Assembly: GCA_964483985.1 (NCBI GenBank)
Contig: CAZADS010000061.1
Span: forward strand, 8,073 to 72,072
Source: an uncultured Thalassobaculaceae bacterium
Lineage (GTDB): Bacteria; Pseudomonadota; Alphaproteobacteria; Thalassobaculales; Thalassobaculaceae
DNA length: 64,000 nucleotides
Direction: 5' to 3'
Below, one piece after another: positions 20,452 through 31,270 of the stretch. Position 1 is the stretch's first letter. Every line of letters begins with the position of its first letter. The notes beneath the pieces are model-generated. The model worked only from the letters and a program-made list of their open reading frames with translations, was not told the DNA's origin and ran no database searches. A program made the position numbers and the translations under genes.

Positions 20452-20479
20452 TATAACTGTAATAACGGATTAATTTATT

Positions 20480-20938
20480 TTGCGATTCACGATTGCGGCT
20501 GTCGGTCGAATGCGGAACAGCGTTTTCCACGATCTTTATCAACATTACGCGAAACGCCTTAATTGGACACTGGTGCTTCATGAAATAGAATCGCCCAGTA
20601 CCAGATCGACATCAGAAAGAAAAATAAACCAAAGTAAGATGTTGATGTCTAAAATTCCTTCAGAGGCCATTGTAATAGTACTCGATGAAAACGGTACGAT
20701 GTTATCCAGCTCCGAATTTGGAAATTGGGTAAAAGGAAATATAGAAATGGGTGTAAGAGATATATGCACAATTATAGGAGGCGCTGATGGGCTTCATCAA
20801 AACGTCACGTCGAGAGCCGATTTAATCATGTCTTTAGGAAAAATAACATTGCCACATCTCCTAGTCCGCGGGATATTTGCAGAACAGCTCTATCGTGCTC
20901 AACAAATTTTATCTGGACATCCATATCACCGAGAATGA
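20480..20938 (+). CDS. rlmH: 23S rRNA (pseudouridine1915-N3)-methyltransferase
   Basis: About 152 aa, with the SPOUT C-terminal pattern IGGADG...SLGKITLPH..VR..EQLYRA. Confidence 0.9.
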   Translation: MRFTIAAVGRMRNSVFHDLYQHYAKRLNWTLVLHEIESPSTRSTSERKINQSKMLMSKIPSEAIVIVLDENGTMLSSSEFGNWVKGNIEMGVRDICTIIGGADGLHQNVTSRADLIMSLGKITLPHLLVRGIFAEQLYRAQQILSGHPYHRE

Positions 20939-20974
20939 TTGGCGTAGCTCAATCATTCTAGTATAACTAATTGT

Positions 20975-22531
20975 ATGAGACCTATTGTACTTTGCATACT
21001 TGATGGCTGGGGCGAGTCAAGCCAAACCAATCAAAACGCAGTTGCCTTGGCACATACACCTGTATTCGATCTACTTCGTGCTAGCTGTCCTACTGCATCG
21101 TTAAGCGCGTCTGGAACAGACGTCGGACTTCCAAACGGGCAAATGGGTAATTCGGAAGTTGGCCATATGAATTTAGGAGCAGGCCGAATTGTCCTCCAAG
21201 ATTTGCCGCAAATAGATCAGGCCATAGAATCAGGAAAACTCTCAAAAAATAAAGAACTACGTCAAATAATCGAAAACACTCAATCCAAGCAGAAACGTTG
21301 CCATTTAATTGGCCTGATGTCTCCAGGCGGTGTCCATTCCCATGTAAATCACATGATTGCGACCGCTAATTATCTGACTGAATCAGGTGTGTCCGTTTTG
21401 GTTCATGCTATTTTGGATGGCCGTGACACACCACCTAAAAGTGCTGCGCCATTTCTGCAGAATTTTTTAAATAAGGTAGGACCAAATGTTTCGATTGGTT
21501 CTGTAATTGGCAGATTCTTCGCCATGGATCGAGATAATCGATGGGAAAGAGTAGAGGCAGCCTATCGGCTTTTCGCGAACGGGGAAGGCTATAAGGCTAA
21601 TGATGTATTTGAAGCTATCTCTAAAGGTTACGCTAGAGGTGAAACCGATGAATTTTTAAGGGCTACCGTGATTAAAAATTATCACGGATTCGAGGACGGT
21701 GACACATTTTTGTTTACTAACTTTCGTTCTGATCGAGCGCGCCAAATTATTTCTTCGTTAGTCGATCCAGAATTCAAAGAATTTTTGCGACCCTCTAAAC
21801 CCTCATTTTCGTATTGTTCTGGTATGGTTGCATATTCGGTTGATTTAAGCCGGCATATGAGTGCTTTGTTTCCACAAACGGATGTAAAGGAAACCATTGG
21901 AGAAATTGTTTCCTCTAAAAAGCTCAATCAGCTTCGAATAGCTGAAACAGAAAAATATGCACATGTAACCTTTTTCTTAAACGGAGGACAGGAGTATCCT
22001 TTTGCTGGTGAAGAACGAATACTAATTCCCTCTCCAAAAGTAAAAACATATGATATGCAGCCAGAAATGTCTGCCAATCAGCTAACGAACAAGCTAATAA
22101 AGGCAATTTCTAGGAATCATTTTGAATTTGTCGTTGTTAATTACGCGAATCCCGACATGGTAGGCCACACTGGAAACTTAAATGCCGCGGTACGGGCCAT
22201 TGAAACAGTCGATCAATGCCTCGGTCGATTGGTGAGCGAGCTCCAAAACGTAAATGGTTCCATGCTTCTAACTTCAGACCATGGAAACTGCGAAATGATG
22301 TTCGATCCGACCACGGGTCATGCTCATACATCTCATACAACAAATCTAGTACCAGCAATTTTATTTAACGGACCAAAAGGCGTGCAATTCCCCACACGTG
22401 GGCGCTTAGCAGATGTCGCACCCACGTTGTTAGAAATGATGGGCATTGAAATTCCATCCATCATGACAGGGCATTCCCTAATAAAACAGGTACGGAAGGA
22501 AAATTCAACGCGTGTTGGCGCTATCAGCTAA
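20975..22531 (+). CDS. gpmI: 2,3-bisphosphoglycerate-independent phosphoglycerate mutase
   Basis: LCILDGWG, NSEVGHMNLGAGR, DGRDTPP and SDHGN motifs. Confidence 0.95.
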   Translation: MRPIVLCILDGWGESSQTNQNAVALAHTPVFDLLRASCPTASLSASGTDVGLPNGQMGNSEVGHMNLGAGRIVLQDLPQIDQAIESGKLSKNKELRQIIENTQSKQKRCHLIGLMSPGGVHSHVNHMIATANYLTESGVSVLVHAILDGRDTPPKSAAPFLQNFLNKVGPNVSIGSVIGRFFAMDRDNRWERVEAAYRLFANGEGYKANDVFEAISKGYARGETDEFLRATVIKNYHGFEDGDTFLFTNFRSDRARQIISSLVDPEFKEFLRPSKPSFSYCSGMVAYSVDLSRHMSALFPQTDVKETIGEIVSSKKLNQLRIAETEKYAHVTFFLNGGQEYPFAGEERILIPSPKVKTYDMQPEMSANQLTNKLIKAISRNHFEFVVVNYANPDMVGHTGNLNAAVRAIETVDQCLGRLVSELQNVNGSMLLTSDHGNCEMMFDPTTGHAHTSHTTNLVPAILFNGPKGVQFPTRGRLADVAPTLLEMMGIEIPSIMTGHSLIKQVRKENSTRVGAIS

Positions 22532-23780
22532 AAATCCTTTACAAACAAATCGCCCTCTTATACCGACTGGCCGGATTCCACATTTCCTCTTTCAATTTGG
22601 AATTTTGCTGTTCGGGTTTTCCTTTTCTAGCCTTGCAATCGGGGATCCGAAAGGCGATCAACAAACTATTCTCACAAGCGGAATAAAAAATAAATTAACC
22701 GTTATCCGAACGGAATTGATAGAAGCTGCCCGCCTGAGTCAAATCCATGAATTGACGATTATCCAAGCAGAAAAGCAATTAATTCAACTTAAAAGAGACT
22801 ATAACAATTTAACAATGAATTTGAAAACTTCAAAAGATCAAATTTCAAATTTAACCATGACACTACAACGCCTAATTCAGATGCCACCGGAGTTGATTTT
22901 ACTGCGATCGAAGTCTCCTTTAGAAGCCTCAAAGGCTCTAATGGTCACCAAATTTTTAATTCATAGTTTAGCTCTCAAAATCAAAAATGCCGAGAACAAA
23001 TTAAAAGACGTAAATCATTTAGATAAAAAAATACGAGAAAAAAAATCAATATCCCAAAATAGTAATCAGCAATTAGCTAATTTAAAAAATAAGCTCGATG
23101 CACTCCTAAAAGATAAAAATATTGTACTAAATAATAAAATTAAATCTCCCTTAGCTAATTCAAGTTTCCAAGAACATTTAAGGACTGCCAAAATATCTTT
23201 GGAGCAGCTTTTGATTGATCTAAAAAAACGTGAGTCGAATTACACGGAGATAGTACAAGCACCGTTGGCTAAGACATCCCAGCGCCCCATACAATCTTTG
23301 TTAGAGCAATCAAACTACCTTTATGATTTAAGCTCGACAAAGGTGCACCACAAAAGGTCTTTTATGATTCGGAAAGGTCGTCTAACATTTCCTGCGGCAG
23401 GTGAAATAATAAAACGGTTCGGACAAACTGATTCCTTTGGGATAAAAACTAAAGGAATCACTATTAGAACCCATCCACAAGCTAGGGTAGTATCTTCTTA
23501 CGATGGTAAGGTCTTATATGCTGGCCAATATCGAAACTATGGTGGGACAATTATTATCGAACACGAAAGCCATTTACATACTTTATTGATCGGGTTGGGT
23601 CGTATCGATGTTCAAACTGGCCAGCTCGTGCTAGCAGGTGAACCGGTAGGCGTAATGACAAGGTCAAAAATGCATTCAAACCTTTCTCGAGAGGATTTAT
23701 ATATAGAAATAAGGAACGATGGTAATCCAACTGATCCTCTCGTATGGTTTCCCATTAAAAGGAATGTGACTTATAGATGA
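22512..23780 (+). CDS. coiled-coil M23 peptidase / murein hydrolase activator (EnvC-like)
   Basis: A signal/TM segment, a long coiled-coil, and a C-terminal LytM/M23-like domain (GITIRT...YAGQYRNYGGTIIIEH). Confidence 0.8.
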   Translation: MLALSAKNPLQTNRPLIPTGRIPHFLFQFGILLFGFSFSSLAIGDPKGDQQTILTSGIKNKLTVIRTELIEAARLSQIHELTIIQAEKQLIQLKRDYNNLTMNLKTSKDQISNLTMTLQRLIQMPPELILLRSKSPLEASKALMVTKFLIHSLALKIKNAENKLKDVNHLDKKIREKKSISQNSNQQLANLKNKLDALLKDKNIVLNNKIKSPLANSSFQEHLRTAKISLEQLLIDLKKRESNYTEIVQAPLAKTSQRPIQSLLEQSNYLYDLSSTKVHHKRSFMIRKGRLTFPAAGEIIKRFGQTDSFGIKTKGITIRTHPQARVVSSYDGKVLYAGQYRNYGGTIIIEHESHLHTLLIGLGRIDVQTGQLVLAGEPVGVMTRSKMHSNLSREDLYIEIRNDGNPTDPLVWFPIKRNVTYR

Positions 23781-25114
23781 TATCGACGATTAATTTAAAA
23801 TACAGACTTAATAATTGTCCCGGACTTCTCTTGCATTTTTTCTTTATTATAGGGCTTTTATTTAATTCAATTAGTTGGGCATCTGCGCAAAATACCAATT
23901 CTTCAGAAACCTATAGACAGCTCAATCTATTCGGCGATGTATTCGAACGTGTTCGATCCGAATATGTGGAAAAGGTCACTGATCAGAAGTTAATTGAAGC
24001 CGCGATCAATGGAATGCTTACTGCTCTAGATCCACACTCAAGCTTCCTTACCAGTAGTAGTTATCGAGACATGAGAGTCCAAACTAAAGGAGAATTTGGG
24101 GGAATTGGCATCGAAGTAACCATGGAAAACGGCTTGGTTAAAATTGTCTCCCCAATCGATGACACGCCAGGAGCTCGGGCTGGATTAGAACCTGGAGATC
24201 TAATTACCCATCTAAATGGCGAAGGAATTCTAGGACTAACCCTTCGACAAGCAGTAGAGAAAATGCGAGGGCCTGTTGATTCGAAAATAATTCTTTCAAT
24301 TCGAAGAGCTAATAATAGGACTTTTGATGTAACCATTAAACGAGCGGTAATTAAAATTCGATCCGTTCGGCACGAAGAAATAGGTAATATTGGGTACATA
24401 AGGATCACCACTTTCAACCGACGAACAACTGTCGGCCTTAAAACAGCCGTAACTGAATTGAAAGCCACCATTGGACAAGAACTAGGCGGATTCATTATCG
24501 ATCTGAGAAACAATCCTGGCGGGCTCTTAGACGAAGCAATCTCTGTTACCGATGCTTTTTTAGAAAAAGGAGAAATTGTATCTACCCGCGGTCGTGATCC
24601 AGATAAAGGGACGCGTGTTCATGCCAAGCCCGGCGACTTGGCCGAGGGTTTGCCTTTAGTCGTACTAATTAACACTGGATCAGCATCTGCGGCCGAAATA
24701 GTAGCAGGTGCGTTACAAGATCACCAAAGGGCTATTATTTTAGGGACTCAGTCATTTGGGAAAGGATCTGTTCAAACTATTGTACCTCTTCCTGGAGATG
24801 TAGCAATGCGACTCACTACTGCAAGATATTACACGCCTTCTGGACGATCCATCCAAAAAACTGGTATCTCCCCAGATATTTCGGTCCCCACGGCACGGAT
24901 CGAAAAACTAGACAAACAACGCAAAAGACGCGAAACGGATTTAAGAGGGGCATTGGAGAATCCAAAGCAGAAAACAAAAAACGATATGGATATAACCTCA
25001 AAAACTAAAGGGCGTCCCACAGCCAAGCAAATGGCTGAAACAGATTACCAACTTGCTCGAGCTGTTGATCTACTTAACGGATTGAGCCTGCTCAAAAAAC
25101 GCACGGTCAATTGA
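23777..25114 (+). CDS. ctpA: carboxy-terminal processing protease (S41)
   Basis: A PDZ region (GGIGIEV...PGARAGL..GD), DLRNNPGG, and catalytic GSASAAE ... FGKGSVQ. Confidence 0.9.
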   Translation: MISTINLKYRLNNCPGLLLHFFFIIGLLFNSISWASAQNTNSSETYRQLNLFGDVFERVRSEYVEKVTDQKLIEAAINGMLTALDPHSSFLTSSSYRDMRVQTKGEFGGIGIEVTMENGLVKIVSPIDDTPGARAGLEPGDLITHLNGEGILGLTLRQAVEKMRGPVDSKIILSIRRANNRTFDVTIKRAVIKIRSVRHEEIGNIGYIRITTFNRRTTVGLKTAVTELKATIGQELGGFIIDLRNNPGGLLDEAISVTDAFLEKGEIVSTRGRDPDKGTRVHAKPGDLAEGLPLVVLINTGSASAAEIVAGALQDHQRAIILGTQSFGKGSVQTIVPLPGDVAMRLTTARYYTPSGRSIQKTGISPDISVPTARIEKLDKQRKRRETDLRGALENPKQKTKNDMDITSKTKGRPTAKQMAETDYQLARAVDLLNGLSLLKKRTVN

Positions 25115-26406
25115 CCATATCTGCTTTCATATCTTCGGTCCGCGAATCTATAATCGGGCTTAGGAGCAAATTCGGCTCCAAACCGGAAGTTAGTGACGCA
25201 GAGAAAACACACGAGCAGGAATCTATTCATGCTGGTGACTTAGACCCAGTTAAAGTATCTGATTACAACGGCACTGATACCGAAGATTCAACATCCCTTA
25301 CGGAATTAGAGGCTAAACAGAAGAATAACAAAGCCAAACTTTTACATATCCTTGTAACTTTGATTTTACTCCTTCTGCTACTGGGAGGGGCAGGGACACT
25401 AACTGGATGGTTGATGATAAATGGACCACAAACAATCGCAGACAGAGAACAGCTTCGCCCGAAGTTGACGGTAGAAATTTTAGCTCCCGACCAAAACGCG
25501 CCAGAAAATTCCAGTCGCATAGATATCGGTACCCCTTCTAGCACAACGAAATTAGAAACAACCCAGTCTGAAGCGACCAAACCAACCTCCCCTATCGACC
25601 CAATGGCAGAAATTGTTAATGCCAACCTCATAGAACAAACAGAAAATGGGCCCTTACCGATCGTGTCTTCCGATGGACGCAGTTCATGGATCGAATATGC
25701 TAGAACCTTCGACAAGACAGACCGTAGGCCCCGACTAGCAATTATCATTACCAATCTGGGGCTGTCATCTGCGAGTACCGAAGCCACTCTTGACTTGCTT
25801 CCTCCAGAAGCAACTCTTTCGTTTTCACCACTAACAAAAAACCTTTTAGATTGGGTACGACAAGCACGTTTAAAAGGGCATGAAGTGTTGATTGATTTAC
25901 CAATGGAACCGATTGGATTCCCCCAAAGCGATCCAGGCCAAAACACTTTATTAACTTCTGAAAGTGAAGTTGAAAATCTTAACCGACTTGAAAACGTAAT
26001 GAAAAAGTCGGCCGGTTATGTTGGGCTACTAGGTTCTTTTGGCTCTCGATTCACTAATCACGCGGAATCTCTGTTGCCCATTTTACAGATTCTTAAAGTA
26101 CGCGGATTATTATATGTTGATAGTGGAGCATCCTCCCGAAGTTTAGGGCCTGAACTCGCTTCATCGATTCAACTACCGAGAGCTTTTAATAATCGATTCA
26201 TAGACCGAACACCATCACGGCAGGCAATTGATAATCGATTAATAGAACTAGAGGAAATTGTTAAATTGAACCGTTTCGCCATTGGTATAGCTCAACCATA
26301 TCCAATTTCGCTAGATAGAATTTCAGCTTGGATTCCAACTCTGGAAAACAAAGGTATTACACTCGCTCCTATTACAGCAATAGCCGACAAACAAAGTTTA
26401 CGGTAA
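25111..26406 (+). CDS. divergent polysaccharide deacetylase (YibQ-like) family protein with an N-terminal TM and a low-complexity linker
   Basis: The C-terminal 250 aa (RLAIIITNLG...PLT...GHEVLIDLPMEP...GLLGSFGSRF) fits the PF04748-type pattern. It has conserved synteny after ctpA. Confidence 0.7.
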   Translation: MTISAFISSVRESIIGLRSKFGSKPEVSDAEKTHEQESIHAGDLDPVKVSDYNGTDTEDSTSLTELEAKQKNNKAKLLHILVTLILLLLLLGGAGTLTGWLMINGPQTIADREQLRPKLTVEILAPDQNAPENSSRIDIGTPSSTTKLETTQSEATKPTSPIDPMAEIVNANLIEQTENGPLPIVSSDGRSSWIEYARTFDKTDRRPRLAIIITNLGLSSASTEATLDLLPPEATLSFSPLTKNLLDWVRQARLKGHEVLIDLPMEPIGFPQSDPGQNTLLTSESEVENLNRLENVMKKSAGYVGLLGSFGSRFTNHAESLLPILQILKVRGLLYVDSGASSRSLGPELASSIQLPRAFNNRFIDRTPSRQAIDNRLIELEEIVKLNRFAIGIAQPYPISLDRISAWIPTLENKGITLAPITAIADKQSLR

Positions 26407-26412
26407 ATTTAG

Positions 26413-26907
26413 ATGCAAACAACACGTCCATACCGGCCCTGCGTAGGGATCATGTTGCTAAACAAACAAGGACTAGTTTTTGTAGGCCGAAGAAATGACA
26501 TAGAGGAGTCTGAAGCGTGGCAAATGCCGCAGGGAGGCATTAATCCTGGGGAGCAACCCCAGCAAGCCGCTCTTCGTGAACTAGCTGAAGAGACCGGCAT
26601 CAAAGAAGTTGATATAATTAGTCAATCTTCTCAATGGCTTTATTACGAGTATCCTGCAAAAATCCACAAGAAATCATTTGCTCAATTTTACCGAGGTCAA
26701 CAACAACGTTGGTTTGCAATGAGATTTCTTGGAGATGAAAAGGACATTGACTTAAATGCCTCCCACGCGGAATTCGACTCATGGCAATGGACGAAGATAG
26801 AACGCCTAACCGCGATGATTGTTAATTTTAAAAGGCCAGTATACGAAGCGGTCGTTCGGGAATTCCGTCATCTCGCTTTCCCTGTCAGCAATCCAGAGAC
26901 TTTGTAA
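26413..26907 (+). CDS. rppH: RNA pyrophosphohydrolase (Nudix)
   Basis: YRPCVGIMLLN... and the Nudix box GGINPGEQPQQAALRELAEETGI. Confidence 0.9.
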   Translation: MQTTRPYRPCVGIMLLNKQGLVFVGRRNDIEESEAWQMPQGGINPGEQPQQAALRELAEETGIKEVDIISQSSQWLYYEYPAKIHKKSFAQFYRGQQQRWFAMRFLGDEKDIDLNASHAEFDSWQWTKIERLTAMIVNFKRPVYEAVVREFRHLAFPVSNPETL

Positions 26908-26934
26908 GCCACGATCTAATTTATGAGATTACAT

Positions 26935-28767
26935 TTATCTCAATGCTTCCTTCATAAAATTAGCCCAAATTTTAGTAGGTAAACCACCACCCGTGATATT
27001 TTTCATTGGTTTTGCATCATCTCGGCCAACCCAAACTCCAGTTATTAGATTACCTGCATAACCAACAAACCACGCGTCTCTATTCAACTGGCTAGTGCCG
27101 GTTTTTCCAGCTGCAGTAATTCCTATCTTTGCGTTATAACCGGTCCCTGTGTTATTAACCGCTTTCAACATGCTATCCTTTTCTTTCATTAGAGAAACTC
27201 CAGCTATACTAGGACGCAGATCTTTAATATGCTTATAAGTGATTGGACCATTTTTTATCCTAACTTCTCTTATCCCAAATGGTTCAACAGGGAAGCCGCC
27301 ATTAGCGATTGCCGCGTAAGCCGCTGTAAGTTGTAGCAGCGTAACTTCACCAGTACCCAGAGCCAGACTTGGTTCATCGTTCAATTTAGCAGTGATGCCA
27401 AGTTGACGTGCTAATCGTATCGTCGCAGCCCGACCTATACTCTCTGAAAGTCTAACACTCGGCACATTTAAAGATTGGGCTAAACCATGAAGCAATGTTA
27501 CAGGACCTCTGAATTTCCCATCAAAATTTCTCGGCTTCCAACCGCCAATGTCTATAGGTGCGTCATTTATCATGCTATTCTTAGAATAGCCGGAAATTAA
27601 TGCTGCTAAATAAACCATTGGTTTAAATGCCGAACCCGGTTGGCGAAACGCCTGGGTAGCCCTGTTAAATTGGCTGATTCCGTAGTTTCTCCCTCCTACC
27701 ATTGCCAAAACGGCGCCATCAGGCCTAAGCACTACCATAGCGACTTGAATATGAGCATTTACCTCGGTCTGATTTAACTTCCTTGAAGTTGCTTTCTCTG
27801 CAAGATTTTGCAAATTTTGATCAAGCGTTGTTAAAATTTCTCTATCATCATTAATCGGACCTGCGTACGCAGAGGCTCTATCCTCTATCCAGTCAGCAAA
27901 GAACCGATGCCCCAGACTAACGGAAGCAGGACCTCTTATAGGGTATGAGTAGGCAGTAGCTTTATCCGCTTCAGCGCGGCTTAATAATTCAGCATCTACC
28001 ATATTGATTAATACCTGTTTCGTACGGTTTCTTGAACGCGTGTGATTAACGATGGGATTATATCGAGAAGGAGCCTTTAAAAGACCAATCAGTAGAGCTG
28101 ATTCGTATAGGCCTAATGCTCGTGCAGGTTTATCGAAGTAACGTTGTGCAGCCGCGTCCACACCATAAGCTCCAGAACCAAAATAGACCCGATTTAGGTA
28201 AATGTTTAAAATTTGCTTTTTAGAAAAAGAGGCTTCTAGCCAAACAGCCAGTATTAACTCTTGTACTTTTCTCTCAAGGCTCCGATCGGGGGTCAAAAAC
28301 AAATTCTTGGCAAGCTGCTGAGTAATTGTACTCGCACCTTGGCGAAAAGAATTCTCTTTTATATTAACCGCCATAGCCCTCAGAATAGAAATTAGATCAA
28401 AACCAAAATGATTATAAAAACGGCGATCTTCGGTTGCTAAAAGAGCATTAATCAAATGATTAGGAAGCCCGCCTACGTCGATTGGGCGACCGTATAATGC
28501 ACCGTAGGAAGCAAATTCCGCTCCCGCCGTTGACATCAGCCTAACACCTGCTGGGCGAGTCATCACTTTTATGCCAGAAATATTTGGCAGCTGTGTACAT
28601 TCGTATATTAAAAATCCTATAATAACAATTACAACCCAAATAAGTGCTACAAATCCTGTTCGAAGAACATTTCTTGATGTGCTTCGTGAGGAGGATCTCA
28701 CCTTTTTAGAGGCGGGCAAACTCCGTGCTGTCAGCTTTCTTTTGTTTTTCTGTTGTCGATCTTTCAT
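26935..28767 (-). CDS. class A penicillin-binding protein (glycosyltransferase + transpeptidase)
   Basis: GT51 motifs EDRRFYNHFGFD and RKVQE. Transpeptidase motifs SAFKP and KTGTS. Confidence 0.9.
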   Translation of the reverse strand: MKDRQQKNKRKLTARSLPASKKVRSSSRSTSRNVLRTGFVALIWVVIVIIGFLIYECTQLPNISGIKVMTRPAGVRLMSTAGAEFASYGALYGRPIDVGGLPNHLINALLATEDRRFYNHFGFDLISILRAMAVNIKENSFRQGASTITQQLAKNLFLTPDRSLERKVQELILAVWLEASFSKKQILNIYLNRVYFGSGAYGVDAAAQRYFDKPARALGLYESALLIGLLKAPSRYNPIVNHTRSRNRTKQVLINMVDAELLSRAEADKATAYSYPIRGPASVSLGHRFFADWIEDRASAYAGPINDDREILTTLDQNLQNLAEKATSRKLNQTEVNAHIQVAMVVLRPDGAVLAMVGGRNYGISQFNRATQAFRQPGSAFKPMVYLAALISGYSKNSMINDAPIDIGGWKPRNFDGKFRGPVTLLHGLAQSLNVPSVRLSESIGRAATIRLARQLGITAKLNDEPSLALGTGEVTLLQLTAAYAAIANGGFPVEPFGIREVRIKNGPITYKHIKDLRPSIAGVSLMKEKDSMLKAVNNTGTGYNAKIGITAAGKTGTSQLNRDAWFVGYAGNLITGVWVGRDDAKPMKNITGGGLPTKIWANFMKEALR

Positions 28768-28772
28768 TAATC

Positions 28773-29843
28773 CTAATCAAATGCGCTTTTTATAGAAGCC
28801 CAATCCTCGATCGCATCTTCGTTTCCTGGGGTTAATTGAACAGTAAACTGTTTAAATCCTGCATCACGTAATGCCCCCACGCGATTTTTTATGTCCTTTT
28901 CTGATCCTGTAAAAGTTGTTTGCCTGATTAATTCTGAAGTAACAAATTTTAACTCTTCGTCTTTTACAAACATTAAGTGGCCACGATGATTCTCCAACCA
29001 CGGAGCATCTTTTGGTTCAAATTTACGTGCGAGACCAATATACCCCTCAATGGCTTCGGCTGCAGACTCGGGTATTGAACTACTATTAGGCAACCCAGCT
29101 AAAGCCACATCTGCAGCCCTGTGAAGTAACACTGCAGCTCGGGGACCAGCTTGCGCCATGGCTCTTGGTGAATCCATACCCTCACCATCTCCTAAAATAC
29201 AACCTAAAACAAATGCTGTAGCGTACAGGTTCTGAGACGATCTTTCCGCATTTTTCCAATTTTCCTGCATGAGCCGGAGGCCATTTATACCTTCCTCAAC
29301 ATTATTAAAGAAAAGGATCCAATTTGCTCCCAATTTCGCTGTAAGAGCCCTACCTCGAGGCCCATAGGCTGAAATATGCAATTTAACGCTATTTTTGGTG
29401 TTAATCAAACCCGCATCAGGATTTAAAAATCGTATTTTTTTTAACTCTCCATCCACTTCGGTTTCAATAGTTTCATTAGCTAGAAGGCCCATCACCACGC
29501 GAACATATTCTTCCATTGTATTTAATTTCAAAGCGCCAAGTCCCATAGCCCGACGCCCGGTAAAACCTGTTCCGACACCAAAATCAATTCGACCCGGGGC
29601 TAATTTGTTGAGCGTTGCTAAACCGTTGGCACTCACCGGCGCTATGCGATTTGATGGTATCAACACACCTGTTCCTAATCGGATTCGAGAAGTCTTAACG
29701 GCAGCGGCGCCCATTGAAACAAAACAATCAGCGCTGAGCATCTGCGTATCGTAAAACCAAGCATGTGAAAACCCGAGAGCTTCTGCTCTTTCAACGACTT
29801 TCCATGAATCGGCAGCAGTTGCTAAAGCAATTCCAAACTCCAT
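28773..29843 (-). CDS. luciferase-like (LLM class) flavin-dependent oxidoreductase
   Basis: MEFGIAL...GFSHAWFYDTQ...RIRLGTGV...GVGTG fits the LLM TIM-barrel pattern. Confidence 0.8.
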   Translation of the reverse strand: MEFGIALATAADSWKVVERAEALGFSHAWFYDTQMLSADCFVSMGAAAVKTSRIRLGTGVLIPSNRIAPVSANGLATLNKLAPGRIDFGVGTGFTGRRAMGLGALKLNTMEEYVRVVMGLLANETIETEVDGELKKIRFLNPDAGLINTKNSVKLHISAYGPRGRALTAKLGANWILFFNNVEEGINGLRLMQENWKNAERSSQNLYATAFVLGCILGDGEGMDSPRAMAQAGPRAAVLLHRAADVALAGLPNSSSIPESAAEAIEGYIGLARKFEPKDAPWLENHRGHLMFVKDEELKFVTSELIRQTTFTGSEKDIKNRVGALRDAGFKQFTVQLTPGNEDAIEDWASIKSAFD

Positions 29844-30025
29844 AAAATTACCCTTTCCGTAGCATTATCAATTTAAACTTTTAACAGATTATTGTTTTAA
29901 ATGATCACTACTAAATGACATTTATTTAAGTCGTTATTCCTAATACAAGCATTGTCGTTTATTTACCCAATTGAAATTCAGCGAGTTTAAGGCATCATGG
30001 CTACAAATTTCAGGGAGTAATTTAA

Positions 30026-31210
30026 ATGCTTAAAAAAATAATGCTCATAACGGCGGCGGGAATATTTTTTAGCAACGCTGTTTTGGCTGCTGACAACGTA
30101 AAAATCGGATTCGTTACTACGATCACCACACCCGCTGGAGTGATTGGAAAAGACATGGTGGATGCCGTTAATCTTGCTATGGAAGACATTGGTGGGAAAA
30201 TGAATGGCCAAACGGTTGAACTAATAATAGAAGACGACGGCTTTAAACCTGCAATAGGCAAACAAAAGACTGACAAACTCGTAAAACAAAATGACGTTCA
30301 TTTTGTTGCAGGCTTTATCTGGTCTCACGTTCTATTAGCTTCTCAAAAATCTGCTTTAGACGCCGGAAAATTTTTAATTAGTTCTAACGCTGGACCATCA
30401 CAGATTGCTGGGAAATTATGTCACAAAAACTTTTTCTCGACTTCCTGGCAAAATGACCAAACACCTATGGCTATGGGAGAAGTTTTAAATAAAACAGGTG
30501 TTAAGTCTCTTTACGTGATGGCGCCCAATTATGCTGCAGGTAAAAATATGGTTTCCGGAGTAAAAAGAACTTTCAAGGGGAATATCGTCGGTCAGGATAT
30601 GACAAAATGGGGCAAAGATGCTCAACTCGATTTTTCTGCCGAATTGGCCAAAGCCAAAGCTTCAAAAGCGGAAGGAATTTTCGTTTTCTATCCTGGAAAA
30701 GCCGGTTCAGCGTTTATCAAGCAATATGCTCAAGCTGGCCTACAAGGCAAAATTCCTCTTTATTCGGTATTCACAGTAGATTCGCTATCATTGCCTAAAC
30801 TACAAAAAACCAAAATGAATGGGGTTATGGGTTCTGTGATGACACAGTTCTGGGCACCTGATCTAGATACGCCACAAAACAAAAAGTTTGTTTCTGGCTT
30901 CAAAAAGAAATATGGGCGCTATCCCTCATTTTACGCTGCCCAATCTTATGATACGATATTTCTTATTAAAAGCGCTGTTGAAGCTGTAGGAGGCGATCTA
31001 TCAGACGTTGATGGGATGCGGGCCGCTATGAAAAAAGCAAATTTTCCTTCCGTGCGAGGAAAATTTAGCTATGGAAATAACCATTTTCCAATACAAAATT
31101 TCTATTCCCGAGAAGTAGTATCTGACTCGGACGGAATTTGGACCACTGCGATTCGCGACGTGGTGTTAAAAAACCACCAAGATACCTATGCCAAAGATTG
31201 TAAAATGTAG
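30026..31210 (+). CDS. ABC transporter substrate-binding protein (LivK/branched-chain amino acid type)
   Basis: A signal peptide followed by KIGFVTTITTPAGVIG, typical of type I periplasmic binding proteins. It lies upstream of livHMGF-like genes. Confidence 0.85.
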   Translation: MLKKIMLITAAGIFFSNAVLAADNVKIGFVTTITTPAGVIGKDMVDAVNLAMEDIGGKMNGQTVELIIEDDGFKPAIGKQKTDKLVKQNDVHFVAGFIWSHVLLASQKSALDAGKFLISSNAGPSQIAGKLCHKNFFSTSWQNDQTPMAMGEVLNKTGVKSLYVMAPNYAAGKNMVSGVKRTFKGNIVGQDMTKWGKDAQLDFSAELAKAKASKAEGIFVFYPGKAGSAFIKQYAQAGLQGKIPLYSVFTVDSLSLPKLQKTKMNGVMGSVMTQFWAPDLDTPQNKKFVSGFKKKYGRYPSFYAAQSYDTIFLIKSAVEAVGGDLSDVDGMRAAMKKANFPSVRGKFSYGNNHFPIQNFYSREVVSDSDGIWTTAIRDVVLKNHQDTYAKDCKM

Positions 31211-31270
31211 GATTTAATTACCAAGCTGGCGGGGCCATATTATTTGCCCCGCCAGTCACTGTACTTGCCC

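Noticed and set aside
25263-25946. Long antisense ORFs opposite well-supported genes. Examples are 25263..25946 (227 aa), 24061..24513, 18000..18377, 31603..32076, 53506..53937, 12949..13371, 41074..41466 and 46130..46537.
   Set aside because: In every case the opposite strand encodes a protein with clear family motifs. The antisense translations are Ser/Arg/Pro-rich with no motifs.
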